Position numbers and translations under genes: made by a program
The notes under the pieces: model-generated
What the model saw: only the letters and a program-made list of their open reading frames with translations
Databases searched by the model: none
Told to the model about the DNA's origin: nothing
Origin: Gemmatimonadaceae bacterium
GTDB lineage: Bacteria > Gemmatimonadota > Gemmatimonadetes > Gemmatimonadales > Gemmatimonadaceae
Length of the DNA stretch: 64,000 nucleotides
Assembly (NCBI GenBank): GCA_045803545.1
Contig: JBJMOW010000005.1
Coordinates: forward strand, 448,001 to 512,000
Direction: 5' to 3'
In this document: in pieces, positions 1 through 9,690 of the stretch
How the letters are laid out: each line of letters starts with the position of its first letter
Position numbering within the stretch: position 1 is the stretch's first letter

Positions 1-1161
1 TCGATCGTTTTCATGGTGACGCGCGCCTTCGCCGATTCGGTGCGGGTGTTCGCCACTGCGATTCCAATCGCTCTGATACTTGGCCCCGCAGTGCCCCAGA
101 AGTTCGTGATGCCCGTCGCGATTCTCACGCTCGGCGCGCTGACGCTTTTGTACACGTACCACGGCGGAATGCGCGCGGTGGTCTGGACCGACGTGCTGCA
201 GACCAGCGTGTACCTCCTTGGCGGTCTCGTCGCGGTTTACTTGTTGGGGAAGGGCGTCGAAGGCGGTTGGAGCGCGATCATATCGCGCGCGAGCGGAGCA
301 GGAAAACTCAAGATCATCGACGTGTACTTCGGCTTCGACAAACCGTACACGCTGTTCGCCGGTCTCATCGGCGGCGCATTTCTATCGATGGCATCTCATG
401 GGGCGGATCAGGTCATCGTCCAGCGACTGCTAGCTGCGTCCAGTCTCAAGGAATCGCGAAAGGCGCTGATCGGGAGCGGCATCGCCGTCTGGTTCCAGTT
501 CGCCTTGTTCCTGATGATTGGAATTGGGCTCTACGCGTTTTACCAGGCCCGAACATTTGCGGTACCCGACTCGATCTTTCCGACCTTCGTTGTCGACTCC
601 ATGCCCGAGGGGCTGAAGGGGTTGATCGTAGCGGCGGTGCTCGCCGCAACGATGAGCGCACACTCCGGCGCGATGAATTCCCTGGCTGCTTCGACCACAC
701 ACGACATCTATTTGCCAGTCACCGGCCGTCGCGCTGATGATCCGCGCACCCTTCGCATCGGAAAACTCTTTACACTGGGGTGGGGAGTAATCCTGCTCGT
801 TGCCGCCCTCCTGTATCGTCAGCAAGGGACACCGGTGGTGGTTATCGCGCTTTCGATTGCGTCCTTCACGTACGGCGCGTTACTGGGCGGATTCTTCCTC
901 GGCATGCTATGGCAGCGCGCCATTCAGCGAGATGCGATTACAGGCATGGCGGTCGGCATCGTCGCAATGAGCTTCGTCGTCTTCGCCAAGCAGATGATGC
1001 CGATTTTCCCGTCGCTGACTGGTCTGCTGACCACGCTGTCGCACATCTCCTTCCCCTGGTACGTTCTGATCGGAACTTCATTTACCGTGGGCGTTGGAAT
1101 CCTTTCGTCGTTCACCCACGGTCCGCGGGTCATTCAGACGGCAACAGACGTCAGACGATGA
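1..1161 (+). CDS. Sodium:solute symporter (SSS family), 5'-truncated by the window edge
   Basis: Multi-TM protein with GGMRAVVWTD, DQVIVQRLL and AATMS motifs; frame is open back to base 1. Confidence 0.9.
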   Translation, partial: SIVFMVTRAFADSVRVFATAIPIALILGPAVPQKFVMPVAILTLGALTLLYTYHGGMRAVVWTDVLQTSVYLLGGLVAVYLLGKGVEGGWSAIISRASGAGKLKIIDVYFGFDKPYTLFAGLIGGAFLSMASHGADQVIVQRLLAASSLKESRKALIGSGIAVWFQFALFLMIGIGLYAFYQARTFAVPDSIFPTFVVDSMPEGLKGLIVAAVLAATMSAHSGAMNSLAASTTHDIYLPVTGRRADDPRTLRIGKLFTLGWGVILLVAALLYRQQGTPVVVIALSIASFTYGALLGGFFLGMLWQRAIQRDAITGMAVGIVAMSFVVFAKQMMPIFPSLTGLLTTLSHISFPWYVLIGTSFTVGVGILSSFTHGPRVIQTATDVRR

Positions 1162-2090
1162 GCGAGATCTTAATCGGGGTCGATGGCGGCGGGTCCAAAA
1201 CACGAGTGATGGTGGGAACGGCCGAGGGTGAAGTCCTCGCAGATGTGTCGGGCCCGAAATCGAACGTAGTGCCGGGTCAGGCGGAGAAATCGGCCGGCGT
1301 TATTGCAAGCCTCGTCACGCAAGCTCTTTCTGAGATTGCACAACCCGGCGCCGTCACTCCACGGGTGTTGTACTGCGGGGTTGCAGGTACTGGCCGCGAC
1401 GAGGAGCGCCGTGCCTTGCAGGCCGCACTCGACTCCATGGAGCTTGCCGAGGAAGTCGTGATCGACTCTGATGGAATGATCGCGATGTACGACGCGTTCG
1501 AGGATCGCGCGGGAATCTTGCTCGTCGTCGGCACCGGATCCATCGCTTACGGCCGCAGTCCCGCCGGAGAAATCGTTCGCTGCGGTGGCTGGGGGCCTTA
1601 CTTCGGCGACGAAGGCAGCGGAAGCTGGATCGGTCGTCGGGCGCTCAGCATCGTGGCTGCATCGAGCGACGGCCGCGAGCCACCGACTGCGCTCCTCTTT
1701 CCAATCCTCGCTGCGACAGAGTGTGAGGATGTGCAGGACCTTATTCCGTGGGCCGCAACCGCCGACTCGCGGGCGCTTGCTTCACTGGCGCCAGTTGTAT
1801 TCACTGCCGCCGCCAACGGCGATCCACGCGCCAATGCCCTGCTCACTCTGGCAGCCGAAGAACTGGTGCTGCACGTGCGGGCGCTGGCGCGTCAGCTATT
1901 CACCGACGAACGCGCGGCAGTTTCGGTTGCTTTGACCGGCGGACTCATGGATCGGAGTTCGGCGCTCAGGAAGCGACTGGAGCAGCGCCTGAAGTCGGCG
2001 GTGCCTGGTGCACAGCTTCGATCGGAAGAAGTCCTTCCTGCGCGAGGAGCACTTCGGGCTGCGGCGCGGCGAATTCACCTTCCCACTTAG
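1158..2090 (+). CDS. BadF/BadG/BcrA/BcrD-type ATPase, probable N-acetylglucosamine/N-acetylmuramate kinase
   Basis: IGVDGGGSKT, GTGS and GGWG..GDEGSG motifs; ATG at 1158 overlaps the upstream TGA (ATGA). Confidence 0.85.
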   Translation: MSEILIGVDGGGSKTRVMVGTAEGEVLADVSGPKSNVVPGQAEKSAGVIASLVTQALSEIAQPGAVTPRVLYCGVAGTGRDEERRALQAALDSMELAEEVVIDSDGMIAMYDAFEDRAGILLVVGTGSIAYGRSPAGEIVRCGGWGPYFGDEGSGSWIGRRALSIVAASSDGREPPTALLFPILAATECEDVQDLIPWAATADSRALASLAPVVFTAAANGDPRANALLTLAAEELVLHVRALARQLFTDERAAVSVALTGGLMDRSSALRKRLEQRLKSAVPGAQLRSEEVLPARGALRAAARRIHLPT

Positions 2091-3324
2091 CCATCACGAC
2101 TGTCGCCAGACAGTTTCCAATCAGGTTAGTGCTGGTGCGGGCCATGTCCATCAACGTGTCGACGCCCAAAATGATGGCGACACCCTCGAGCGGCAGGCCG
2201 AAAGTTGCCAGAGTCCCTGAGAGAATCACCAGCGACGCGCGTGGCACCGCCGCTACTCCTTTGCTGGTAACCATCAGCGTGAACATCATCGCCAGCTGAT
2301 TCGCAAAACTGAGCGGGTGCCCAGCAGCCTGAGCGACGAAGATCGACGCCACGGCCAGGTACAACGTTGAGCCGTCGAGGTTGAACGAGTACCCGGTCGG
2401 CATCACGAAAGCGACAATCCGTCGAGGAACACCAATCGCTTCCATCGACTGCATTGCGAGTGGCAGGGCCGCCTCGGAGGAGGTTGTAGAGAAAGCGATC
2501 AGCGCCGGCGATCTCACCGCGCGAACGAATTGGCGCAGTGGCACTCGGAACAGCCACGCAATCGGAAGCAGAACGAAGAGGAAGAAAACAACCAGGGCGC
2601 CGTAAAGAGTCAGCACGAGTTTGCCGAGGCTGAATAACACTCCGAGACCATTTTGGGCGACGGCCACAGCGATCGCCGCTCCGATTCCGAAGGGAGCGAA
2701 TCTCATCACCATCATCGTAAACTTGAACATGATCTCAGAGAGCGCTTCGCAGACCGAGAGCATGACTTCCTTGGAGCGCCCCTGAACTTTCGAGAGTGCT
2801 ACCGCGAATAGCACCGCAAAGAACACAACCTGCAAGACTTCGTTGTTGGCTGCCGCCTCGACGATGCTCTGAGGGACGAGGTGCTCGAGGAAGCTCGTTC
2901 CCGTCTGTGTTTTATGAGATAGCTCCTGCCCAGTCGCGGCGGAGGCGCCCAGCACTACACCATCGCCGGGTCGCACCAGATTGACAGCGCCAAGGCCAAT
3001 GAAAAGCGCGAGGGTGGTGACAATTTCGAAGTAAATGATCGATTTGAGCGCGAGTCTTCCAACACGCTTCATGTCGTCGCCATGACCGGCGATTCCTACC
3101 ACCAGCGTTCCGAAAATCAACGGCGCAATGATCGACTTGATCATCCGCAGGAAAACCGTCGAGAGCGGCTTGAGCTGAACTGCGAGATCCGAAGGAGCCC
3201 TGATTCCCATCGCGTTCAAGGCGCGCGCGATCTGCTCGCCATACACACCGATCAAAACGCCGATCACCATCGAGATCAGAATCCAGCTGGTGAGCGAGAT
3301 GCGGCGAAGACGGCGATAAACCAT
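1966..3324 (-). CDS. gltP: Dicarboxylate/amino acid:cation symporter (DAACS, GltP/DctA-like)
   Basis: FSTTSSEAALP, PTGYSFNLDGS and DMART motifs. Confidence 0.9.
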   Translation of the reverse strand: MVYRRLRRISLTSWILISMVIGVLIGVYGEQIARALNAMGIRAPSDLAVQLKPLSTVFLRMIKSIIAPLIFGTLVVGIAGHGDDMKRVGRLALKSIIYFEIVTTLALFIGLGAVNLVRPGDGVVLGASAATGQELSHKTQTGTSFLEHLVPQSIVEAAANNEVLQVVFFAVLFAVALSKVQGRSKEVMLSVCEALSEIMFKFTMMVMRFAPFGIGAAIAVAVAQNGLGVLFSLGKLVLTLYGALVVFFLFVLLPIAWLFRVPLRQFVRAVRSPALIAFSTTSSEAALPLAMQSMEAIGVPRRIVAFVMPTGYSFNLDGSTLYLAVASIFVAQAAGHPLSFANQLAMMFTLMVTSKGVAAVPRASLVILSGTLATFGLPLEGVAIILGVDTLMDMARTSTNLIGNCLATVVMAKWEGEFAAPQPEVLLAQEGLLPIEAVHQAPPTSGAAPVAS

Positions 3325-3349
3325 GACGAGTGGCTTTAGTTGGCGAGGA

Positions 3350-4879
3350 CTAGCGTTCGATCGGCGGCGGCGGCTCGATGGGCACCGGCGGCCTCCCGCG
3401 TCTCAAGGTCGAGTGCCCGAATCCATAGAACCAATAGAGGATGAGCCCAGCCAGCAGCCACCAACCGAACCGGACCCACGCCAGGTGCGGCAAGCCACGC
3501 ATTACGAAAATGCACAGGCCCGCACCTGCCACACCAACCACGTGCACGAACGGCACCCGGAACGGTCGCGGTCGTTCCGGATCGATGTGGCGCAGTACCA
3601 TTACACCAATACACACCAGCGCAAACGCGAACAGCGTTCCGATGTTGGTCAGGTCGTATGTCTCCCCGGCATCACCAATCAACGACCAGAGCGCGACGAA
3701 AAGTCCGGTCAGCATGGTGGTGATGTACGGCGTGCGATATTTGCCGTGAACTTTGCTCGCCCACTTCGGCAACAAACCGTCACGGGCCATCGCGAAGAAA
3801 ATGCGTGGCTGGCCATACTGGAACACCAGCAGCACCGCCGCCATGGAGAATACAGCACCGAGGGCCACGATCTTGGCGATGCTGGTCAGACCCGTCGCGT
3901 TCAGCGCAAACGCGAGTGGATCCGCAGCGGTTCCGAGTTGTTGGTAAGGAACCATGCCAGTGAGCACGTAGCCGATGATGATGTAGATCACCGTGCAGAT
4001 CGCGAGTCCGCCAAGGATCCCGATCGGGAGATTTCGCTGCGGGTTTTTTGTTTCCTCTGCCGCGGTAGATATGGCGTCGAAACCGATATAGGCGAAGAAG
4101 ACGATCGCCGCACCCTGATGGATGCCGGTAAATCCGTTGGGCGCGAAAGGATGGTAGTTCGCGGAGTTGATGTGCTGCGCACCCATGATGATGAATAGCG
4201 TGAGCACAATCAGCTTGACTGCGACCATGATGTTATTGGCGCGCGCGCTCTCTCTCACACCCAGCATCAACAGCCACGTAATCAACGCAACGATCGCAAA
4301 CGCCGGAACGTTGACGAGAATCGGAATCCCGCCAACGTGAGGAGCAGTGTCGAGCAGACCGTGCACCTCTGGATTGGAGCTGAGTAGCGCTGTCCGATAT
4401 CCGGTAGTGAGCCAAACCGGCATCTCGAGCCAACCGCCGAGAAGCGACTTGAAATAGTCGCCCCACGATATTGCGACTGCCACGTTGCCGACCGCATACT
4501 CGAGGATCAGGTCCCAACCGATGATCCACGCGACTAGCTCACCGAGTGTCGCATACGAATATGCGTAGGCGCTCCCGGCCTGCGGAATCATCGATGCCAG
4601 CTCGGCGTAGCACAAACCGGCGAGCGCGCAGCAAGCTCCGAGCAGCAGGAAAGAAATCACGAGCGCCGGGCCTGCGCCGACGCGGATGACTTCGCCGTTC
4701 GGACCGAGCTGCCCCGCTGCCGCCGAGCCAATCGAGCCGAAGATGCCGGCACCGATCACGGCGCCGATGGCGAGCATGATCAGATCGCCGGCGCCAAGCA
4801 CCCGCTTCAATCCCTGCGGATTTTCGCCCTCCGCCAATAGCTCGGCGATCGGCTTGCGCGCGAAGAGTGACCGAATCAT
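3350..4879 (-). CDS. APC-family amino acid permease
   Basis: GAVIGAGIF, YAELASMIP.AGSAY and FAYIGFD motifs; many TM segments. Confidence 0.9.
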   Translation of the reverse strand: MIRSLFARKPIAELLAEGENPQGLKRVLGAGDLIMLAIGAVIGAGIFGSIGSAAAGQLGPNGEVIRVGAGPALVISFLLLGACCALAGLCYAELASMIPQAGSAYAYSYATLGELVAWIIGWDLILEYAVGNVAVAISWGDYFKSLLGGWLEMPVWLTTGYRTALLSSNPEVHGLLDTAPHVGGIPILVNVPAFAIVALITWLLMLGVRESARANNIMVAVKLIVLTLFIIMGAQHINSANYHPFAPNGFTGIHQGAAIVFFAYIGFDAISTAAEETKNPQRNLPIGILGGLAICTVIYIIIGYVLTGMVPYQQLGTAADPLAFALNATGLTSIAKIVALGAVFSMAAVLLVFQYGQPRIFFAMARDGLLPKWASKVHGKYRTPYITTMLTGLFVALWSLIGDAGETYDLTNIGTLFAFALVCIGVMVLRHIDPERPRPFRVPFVHVVGVAGAGLCIFVMRGLPHLAWVRFGWWLLAGLILYWFYGFGHSTLRRGRPPVPIEPPPPIER

Positions 4880-4945
4880 GTCAGCAGGCTTGAGGTGTGC
4901 CTCGGCGCATCGCTAAACACGCCGAGGCTTTTGAAACGCGGCTCG

Positions 4946-7453
4946 TTAAGCAGCCGCACTCTTGACGCGCATCCCGTAGAACGAGCGGATGACGAACGTG
5001 ACGGAGATCAGGAAGAACACCGCCGCAAGGATCCGGGTCAGCGTCGCTCCCCTATCATGCGTAAGGGAGACCGCCAGCTCCACCGCCAGCAGCCCGAACA
5101 GCGTGGTGAACTTGATGACTGGATTGAGGGCAACCGACGACGTGTCCTTGAACGGATCGCCGACGGTGTCGCCGACGACGGTCGCCGCGTGAAGCGGAGT
5201 TCCCTTCTGCTTCAATTCGACCTCTACGATCTTCTTCGCATTATCCCACGCGCCACCGGCGTTAGCCATGAAGATCGCCTGGAACAACCCGAACAGCGCA
5301 ATCGACACGAGATACCCGATGAAGAAGTACGGCTCGACGAACGCAAAGGCGAGCGTTGCGAAGAATACCGTGAGGAAGATGTTGAACATGCCTTCCTGCG
5401 CGTACTTGGTGCAGATCTCGACGACCTTCTTGGTGTCTTCCACCGACGCTTTCTTGTCGGAGCTCAGATCCATGTGACCCTTGATGAATTCAACCGCGCG
5501 GTACGCACCCGTCGTGACCGCCTGTGTCGAAGCGCCGGTGAACCAGTAGATCATCGCACCACCCGTGATCAGGCCGAGCAGAAATGGCGGATGCAGAATC
5601 GATAGATTGGCGATGAATTCCGGCTTGAGTCCCTGCGTCAACGCCACGATGATGGAGAAAATCATCGTCGTCGCACCAACGACCGCGGTTCCGATGAGCA
5701 CTGGCTTCGCCGTTGCCTTGAAGGTGTTGCCCGCACCGTCGTTCTCCTCGAGCAAGTGCTTGGCCCTGCTGAACTGCGGTGTGAAGCCGTATTGACTGTT
5801 GATCTGCTGCGAAATTCCCGGCTGCGTCTCGATCTGTGACAGCTCGAACACCGACTGCGCGTTATCCGTCACTGGACCGTAAGAGTCGACCGCAATGGTC
5901 ACCGGACCCATGCCAAGAAAGCCGAACGCAACCAGACCGAACGCGAACACTGCCGGCGCGATCATCAAAGCGCCGAAACCCGCAGTGCTGACGAGGAAAC
6001 CGATGGACATCAAAAGCATGATCGCCATTCCCAGCCAGTAAGCGCTGAAGTTTCCGGCGACGAACCCGGAAAGAATGTTGAGTGATGCTCCACCTTCAGC
6101 CGATGAAGTCACGATCTCCTTGACGTGCGCCGAGCTCGTTGATGTGAAGACTTTCACGAGCTCCGGGATGATTGCTCCCGCCAGCGTGCCGCACGTAATG
6201 ACGGTCGACAGCTTCCACCACAGACTGCCATCACCGAGATTCGGCAGCAGCAGGTAAGAAACGAGGTAGGTCAAGGCAACCGAGATGAGCGAGGTGAGCC
6301 ACACCAGAGATGTAAGCGGCGTCTCGTAGTTCATGTCGTCTGCGTCGACGTAGCGCGCGCGGGCGATGGCTTCATTGATCAGATAGGACAGGCCGCTCGC
6401 CACGACCATCATGATGCGCATCACGAAGATCCAGACGAGGAGCTGCACCTGCACCAGCGGATCCCGCACGGCAAGAACGATGAACGAGATGAGCGCGACG
6501 CCCGTCACCCCGTAGGTCTCGAAGCCGTCAGCGCTCGGGCCGACCGAGTCGCCGGCGTTGTCGCCGGTACAATCCGCGATCACGCCGGGATTGCGCGCGT
6601 CGTCTTCCTTGACGTTGAACACGATCTTCATCAGATCCGCGCCGATATCGGCAATCTTGGTGAAGATTCCGCCCGCAATACGCAGCGCCGCGGCGCCGAG
6701 CGACTCGCCGATCGCGAACCCGATAAAACAGGGGCCGGCGTAGTCACCCGGAATGAACAGCAGGATGAAGAGCATCATCACCAGTTCGACGCTGATGAGT
6801 AGCATGCCGATGCTCATCCCCGCGCGGAGGGGAATCGAGTAGCACGGATACGGCTTGCCTTTGAGACTTGCAAAGGCGGTCCGCGAGTTGGCGAAGGTGT
6901 TGATACGAATTCCAAACCACGCCACCCCGTAGCTGCCTGCAATGCCGACCAGGCTGAACAACAGGATGATCGCGACTTTGCTCGCCGGAAATCTGACCAG
7001 GAACCCGAAATAAAGAACGATCACGAGTCCGATGAAGATCTCTAGAATCAGAATGAACTTGCCCTGGCGAATCAGATACGTTTTGCAAGTTTCGTAGATC
7101 AGCTCCGAGATCTCACGCATCGACTCGTGAACCGCCAGTCGCTTCAGCTGGCTGTACATCACCAGTCCGAACAGCAATCCGAGCGCGCAGATCGCAAGTC
7201 CACCCATCAGCAGCGAGTGGCCACGGATTCCGCCGAGGAAGGTCACTTGCGACAGATCGGGGATGATCAGATTCGCTTCGCCCCCGGGCTGATGCTCCGG
7301 TACGGCGACCGACTGTGCGGTTCCGGTCGCGGCAGCGGCGACAGCGCTGTCGGTACGGTTCTCCGACACGCCCTGCGCCGACAGTCCGAGCGGTGCCAGC
7401 AAAGCCATGACAAATGTCAGCGTACGAATCAAATGCAAAAACTTCCGGTTCAT
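4946..7453 (-). CDS. hppA: Membrane-bound ion-translocating pyrophosphatase, K+-independent type
   Basis: GGIFTKIADIGADL, EDDARN, DNAGD and GDTVGDPFKD motifs; GNTFKA carries Lys at the K+-dependence position. Confidence 0.93.
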   Translation of the reverse strand: MNRKFLHLIRTLTFVMALLAPLGLSAQGVSENRTDSAVAAAATGTAQSVAVPEHQPGGEANLIIPDLSQVTFLGGIRGHSLLMGGLAICALGLLFGLVMYSQLKRLAVHESMREISELIYETCKTYLIRQGKFILILEIFIGLVIVLYFGFLVRFPASKVAIILLFSLVGIAGSYGVAWFGIRINTFANSRTAFASLKGKPYPCYSIPLRAGMSIGMLLISVELVMMLFILLFIPGDYAGPCFIGFAIGESLGAAALRIAGGIFTKIADIGADLMKIVFNVKEDDARNPGVIADCTGDNAGDSVGPSADGFETYGVTGVALISFIVLAVRDPLVQVQLLVWIFVMRIMMVVASGLSYLINEAIARARYVDADDMNYETPLTSLVWLTSLISVALTYLVSYLLLPNLGDGSLWWKLSTVITCGTLAGAIIPELVKVFTSTSSAHVKEIVTSSAEGGASLNILSGFVAGNFSAYWLGMAIMLLMSIGFLVSTAGFGALMIAPAVFAFGLVAFGFLGMGPVTIAVDSYGPVTDNAQSVFELSQIETQPGISQQINSQYGFTPQFSRAKHLLEENDGAGNTFKATAKPVLIGTAVVGATTMIFSIIVALTQGLKPEFIANLSILHPPFLLGLITGGAMIYWFTGASTQAVTTGAYRAVEFIKGHMDLSSDKKASVEDTKKVVEICTKYAQEGMFNIFLTVFFATLAFAFVEPYFFIGYLVSIALFGLFQAIFMANAGGAWDNAKKIVEVELKQKGTPLHAATVVGDTVGDPFKDTSSVALNPVIKFTTLFGLLAVELAVSLTHDRGATLTRILAAVFFLISVTFVIRSFYGMRVKSAAA

Positions 7454-7503
7454 TCTTTAATTTCTCCGAGGGGTGGAATGCGCCGGTATCAATCCGGCCC
7501 TGC

Positions 7504-8994
7504 TCAACGTGCGGGTCTGGACTCCACTTTTCGCCAGACGTAGTAAACCGGCACGCCGATCAGCACTATAACAAGGCCAGAGATAGCCTGAGCTCGCGTC
7601 TGGTCCGCGATCAAAAGAATTATCGCAATTGCGGATGCGAGAATGATGTACAGGGCTGGCAGAACTGGGTAGCCGACGGCTCGATATGGTCGCTCGGCAT
7701 CTGGCCGCGTCTGCCGCAGACGAAAGAGCCCGATAGTCGTAAGCGCATAAAACAACAGCGCGGCAAAGATGACGTAGTTCAGCAGCTGACCGTATGTGCC
7801 GGTCAAACACAGCAAGCTTGTCCAGATGGATTGCGCGATCAGTGCCGCCGCCGGGACGTTGTGTTTGTTGAGATCGCCTGTCTTGCGGAAGAAGACTTTG
7901 TCACGAGCCATGGCGTAATAAACTCGCGCGCCGGAAAGAATCAGCCCGTTGTTGCAACCGAACGTGGAAATGAGAATCGCGACAGCGATGATCGACGCAC
8001 CGGCAGCGCCGAAAATGGTTTCGGCAAACGCGCTGGCAACGCGATCCTGTGTCGCGTACTGAATCCCGCGCTCCATCACCGTCGACCCGTTCGCGGAACC
8101 GTGCAGTGGCAGCGCGTTCAGGTAGGCGACGTTTGCCAGGAGATACAGCAGACAAACGAGTCCGGTGCCATAGAGGAGTGCGCGCGGCAAATTGCGCTGA
8201 GGCGAATGCACTTCCGCCGCCGCGAACGTAACATTGTTCCACGCGTCGCTGGAGAACAGTGAGCCGACCAGCGCCGATCCAAATCCAACGATGAACACCG
8301 GCGTCAGCGCGACTGGGTTGAAGTTGCCGCCCGAGAAATTCGCGGTGATCGCCTCTGCGTGCCGCCCCACCGTCAAACCGAGAAGGATCAGCGCAATCAA
8401 CGAGACAGTCTTGATGACTGTCAGTGTCGTCTGCACCCACTTGCCTTCCTTGATCCCCCGCAGATTGATCCAGGTCAAAACCCAGATCGAGACGAGCGCG
8501 ACAAGGCGTTGCGGCGACAGGCCTAGTTCAATTGCGCCGCCTGCGGTCGTAAAGTCCATCTGCGGAAACCAGCCGTAGCGGACCGGACTGAACGCGGGCC
8601 ACAGTACACCGAGATACTTCCCAAAAGCCACCGCGACCGCGGCAATCGTACCCGTCTGAATTACGACGAAGAGGGTCCAACCATAAAGAAAGCCCATGAG
8701 GTGACCCATGGACTCTCTAAGAAAAACGTATTGCCCACCTGCTCGTGGATACATCGCCGCGAGCTCACCGTAGGTAAGAGCGCCGAGGATGGTCACCACA
8801 CCCGACACCACCCACGCCATGAGGAGCCAGAACGGCGAGTTTACGGTCCGCGAGATGTCCGCGGCCACGATGAAAATACCCGAGCCGATCATCGACCCCG
8901 CGACCAGCATGGTCGCGTCGGTCAGTGTCAGCGCTTTGACAAACTCGCGCGACGATGGGGCGGTCGATTCGGCCGTGGCTGTCGTGGATGTCAA
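7504..8994 (-). CDS. APC-family amino acid permease (LAT-like)
   Basis: GSMIGSGIF, YGELAAMYPRAGGQY and RPYR..GYP motifs; TTG start. Confidence 0.9.
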   Translation of the reverse strand: MTSTTATAESTAPSSREFVKALTLTDATMLVAGSMIGSGIFIVAADISRTVNSPFWLLMAWVVSGVVTILGALTYGELAAMYPRAGGQYVFLRESMGHLMGFLYGWTLFVVIQTGTIAAVAVAFGKYLGVLWPAFSPVRYGWFPQMDFTTAGGAIELGLSPQRLVALVSIWVLTWINLRGIKEGKWVQTTLTVIKTVSLIALILLGLTVGRHAEAITANFSGGNFNPVALTPVFIVGFGSALVGSLFSSDAWNNVTFAAAEVHSPQRNLPRALLYGTGLVCLLYLLANVAYLNALPLHGSANGSTVMERGIQYATQDRVASAFAETIFGAAGASIIAVAILISTFGCNNGLILSGARVYYAMARDKVFFRKTGDLNKHNVPAAALIAQSIWTSLLCLTGTYGQLLNYVIFAALLFYALTTIGLFRLRQTRPDAERPYRAVGYPVLPALYIILASAIAIILLIADQTRAQAISGLVIVLIGVPVYYVWRKVESRPAR

Positions 8995-9084
8995 AGCTTG
9001 TCCGGGGCCTCGTTAGGCGGGTAGGGTTCCTCCTCGCTCGCGGGCGAAAGCTACGGCCGCAGCCAGGGTTTTTCCAGTGAGCTT

Positions 9085-9149
9085 GACTGCGGACAACTGC
9101 AACGGAACGGGATGCGGGTTCCCGGTCGCTGGTTACCGGTTGTCGGTTC
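9085..9149. repeat. Left arm of a 65-bp inverted repeat containing tandem NNNGGTY heptamers
   Basis: 59/65 identical to the reverse complement of 9626-9690; outer 36 bp are perfect. Confidence 0.95.
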
Positions 9150-9238
9150 TAGACGCATTGGGTGGGCATGCCAACTATTGTACTGAGAGGCGATAGAGTA
9201 ATGGCGCGGAATACGCCACTCGTGTGTACGCTCGATAC

Positions 9239-9649
9239 GTGAGCGACTATAAGAAGCTTGATGTGTGGGAATACGCCCACGCCCTCGTACTCAATGTCCA
9301 CGGAGCAGCAAAGGAAATCCGCGGCGCTGAGGTTCTCTCGCTAAAGAGCCAAATGACTCGGGCCGCCATGTCGATTCCGACTAATCTCGTGGAAGGATGC
9401 GGGCAGCAGAGCGCGCGCGAATTCGGCCGGTTTATAAAAATTTCGCTCAACTCGGCATCAGAGCTAGAGTACCAACTACTCCTCGCGCGAGACCTCGACG
9501 CGTTGCGTGAAGAAGCCTACAGATCACTCACCGATCAGACAGTCCGGGTGAGGAAGATGTTGTACGGCCTGCTGAAGAGCCTCTCGCGGCAGCCGTCGAA
9601 GCCGCCAACCACAATCGACGGACCGGAACCGACAACCCGCAACCCGTAA
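9239..9649 (+). CDS. Four-helix-bundle protein (23S rRNA intervening-sequence protein / Avd-like family)
   Basis: DYKKLDVW, SQMTRAAMSIPTNLVEG and SLNSASELEYQL motifs; GTG at 9239 preferred over 9224. Confidence 0.9.
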   Translation: MSDYKKLDVWEYAHALVLNVHGAAKEIRGAEVLSLKSQMTRAAMSIPTNLVEGCGQQSAREFGRFIKISLNSASELEYQLLLARDLDALREEAYRSLTDQTVRVRKMLYGLLKSLSRQPSKPPTTIDGPEPTTRNP

Positions 9650-9690
9650 CCGGCAACCCGCATCCCGTTCCGTTGCAGTTGTCCGCAGTC
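9626..9690. repeat. Right arm of the 65-bp inverted repeat (AACCNNN heptamers); contains the four-helix-bundle stop codon
   Basis: Reverse complement of 9085-9149; abuts the stop codon of the neighbouring gene at 9691. Confidence 0.95.

Noticed and set aside
4899..4928. 9-bp hairpin as a terminator for hppA
   Set aside because: The T-run is on the plus strand while both flanking genes are on the minus strand; at most an mRNA-stability hairpin.
9085..9690. Insertion sequence or diversity-generating retroelement
   Set aside because: No transposase, reverse transcriptase, target-site duplication or template/variable repeat pair is visible.
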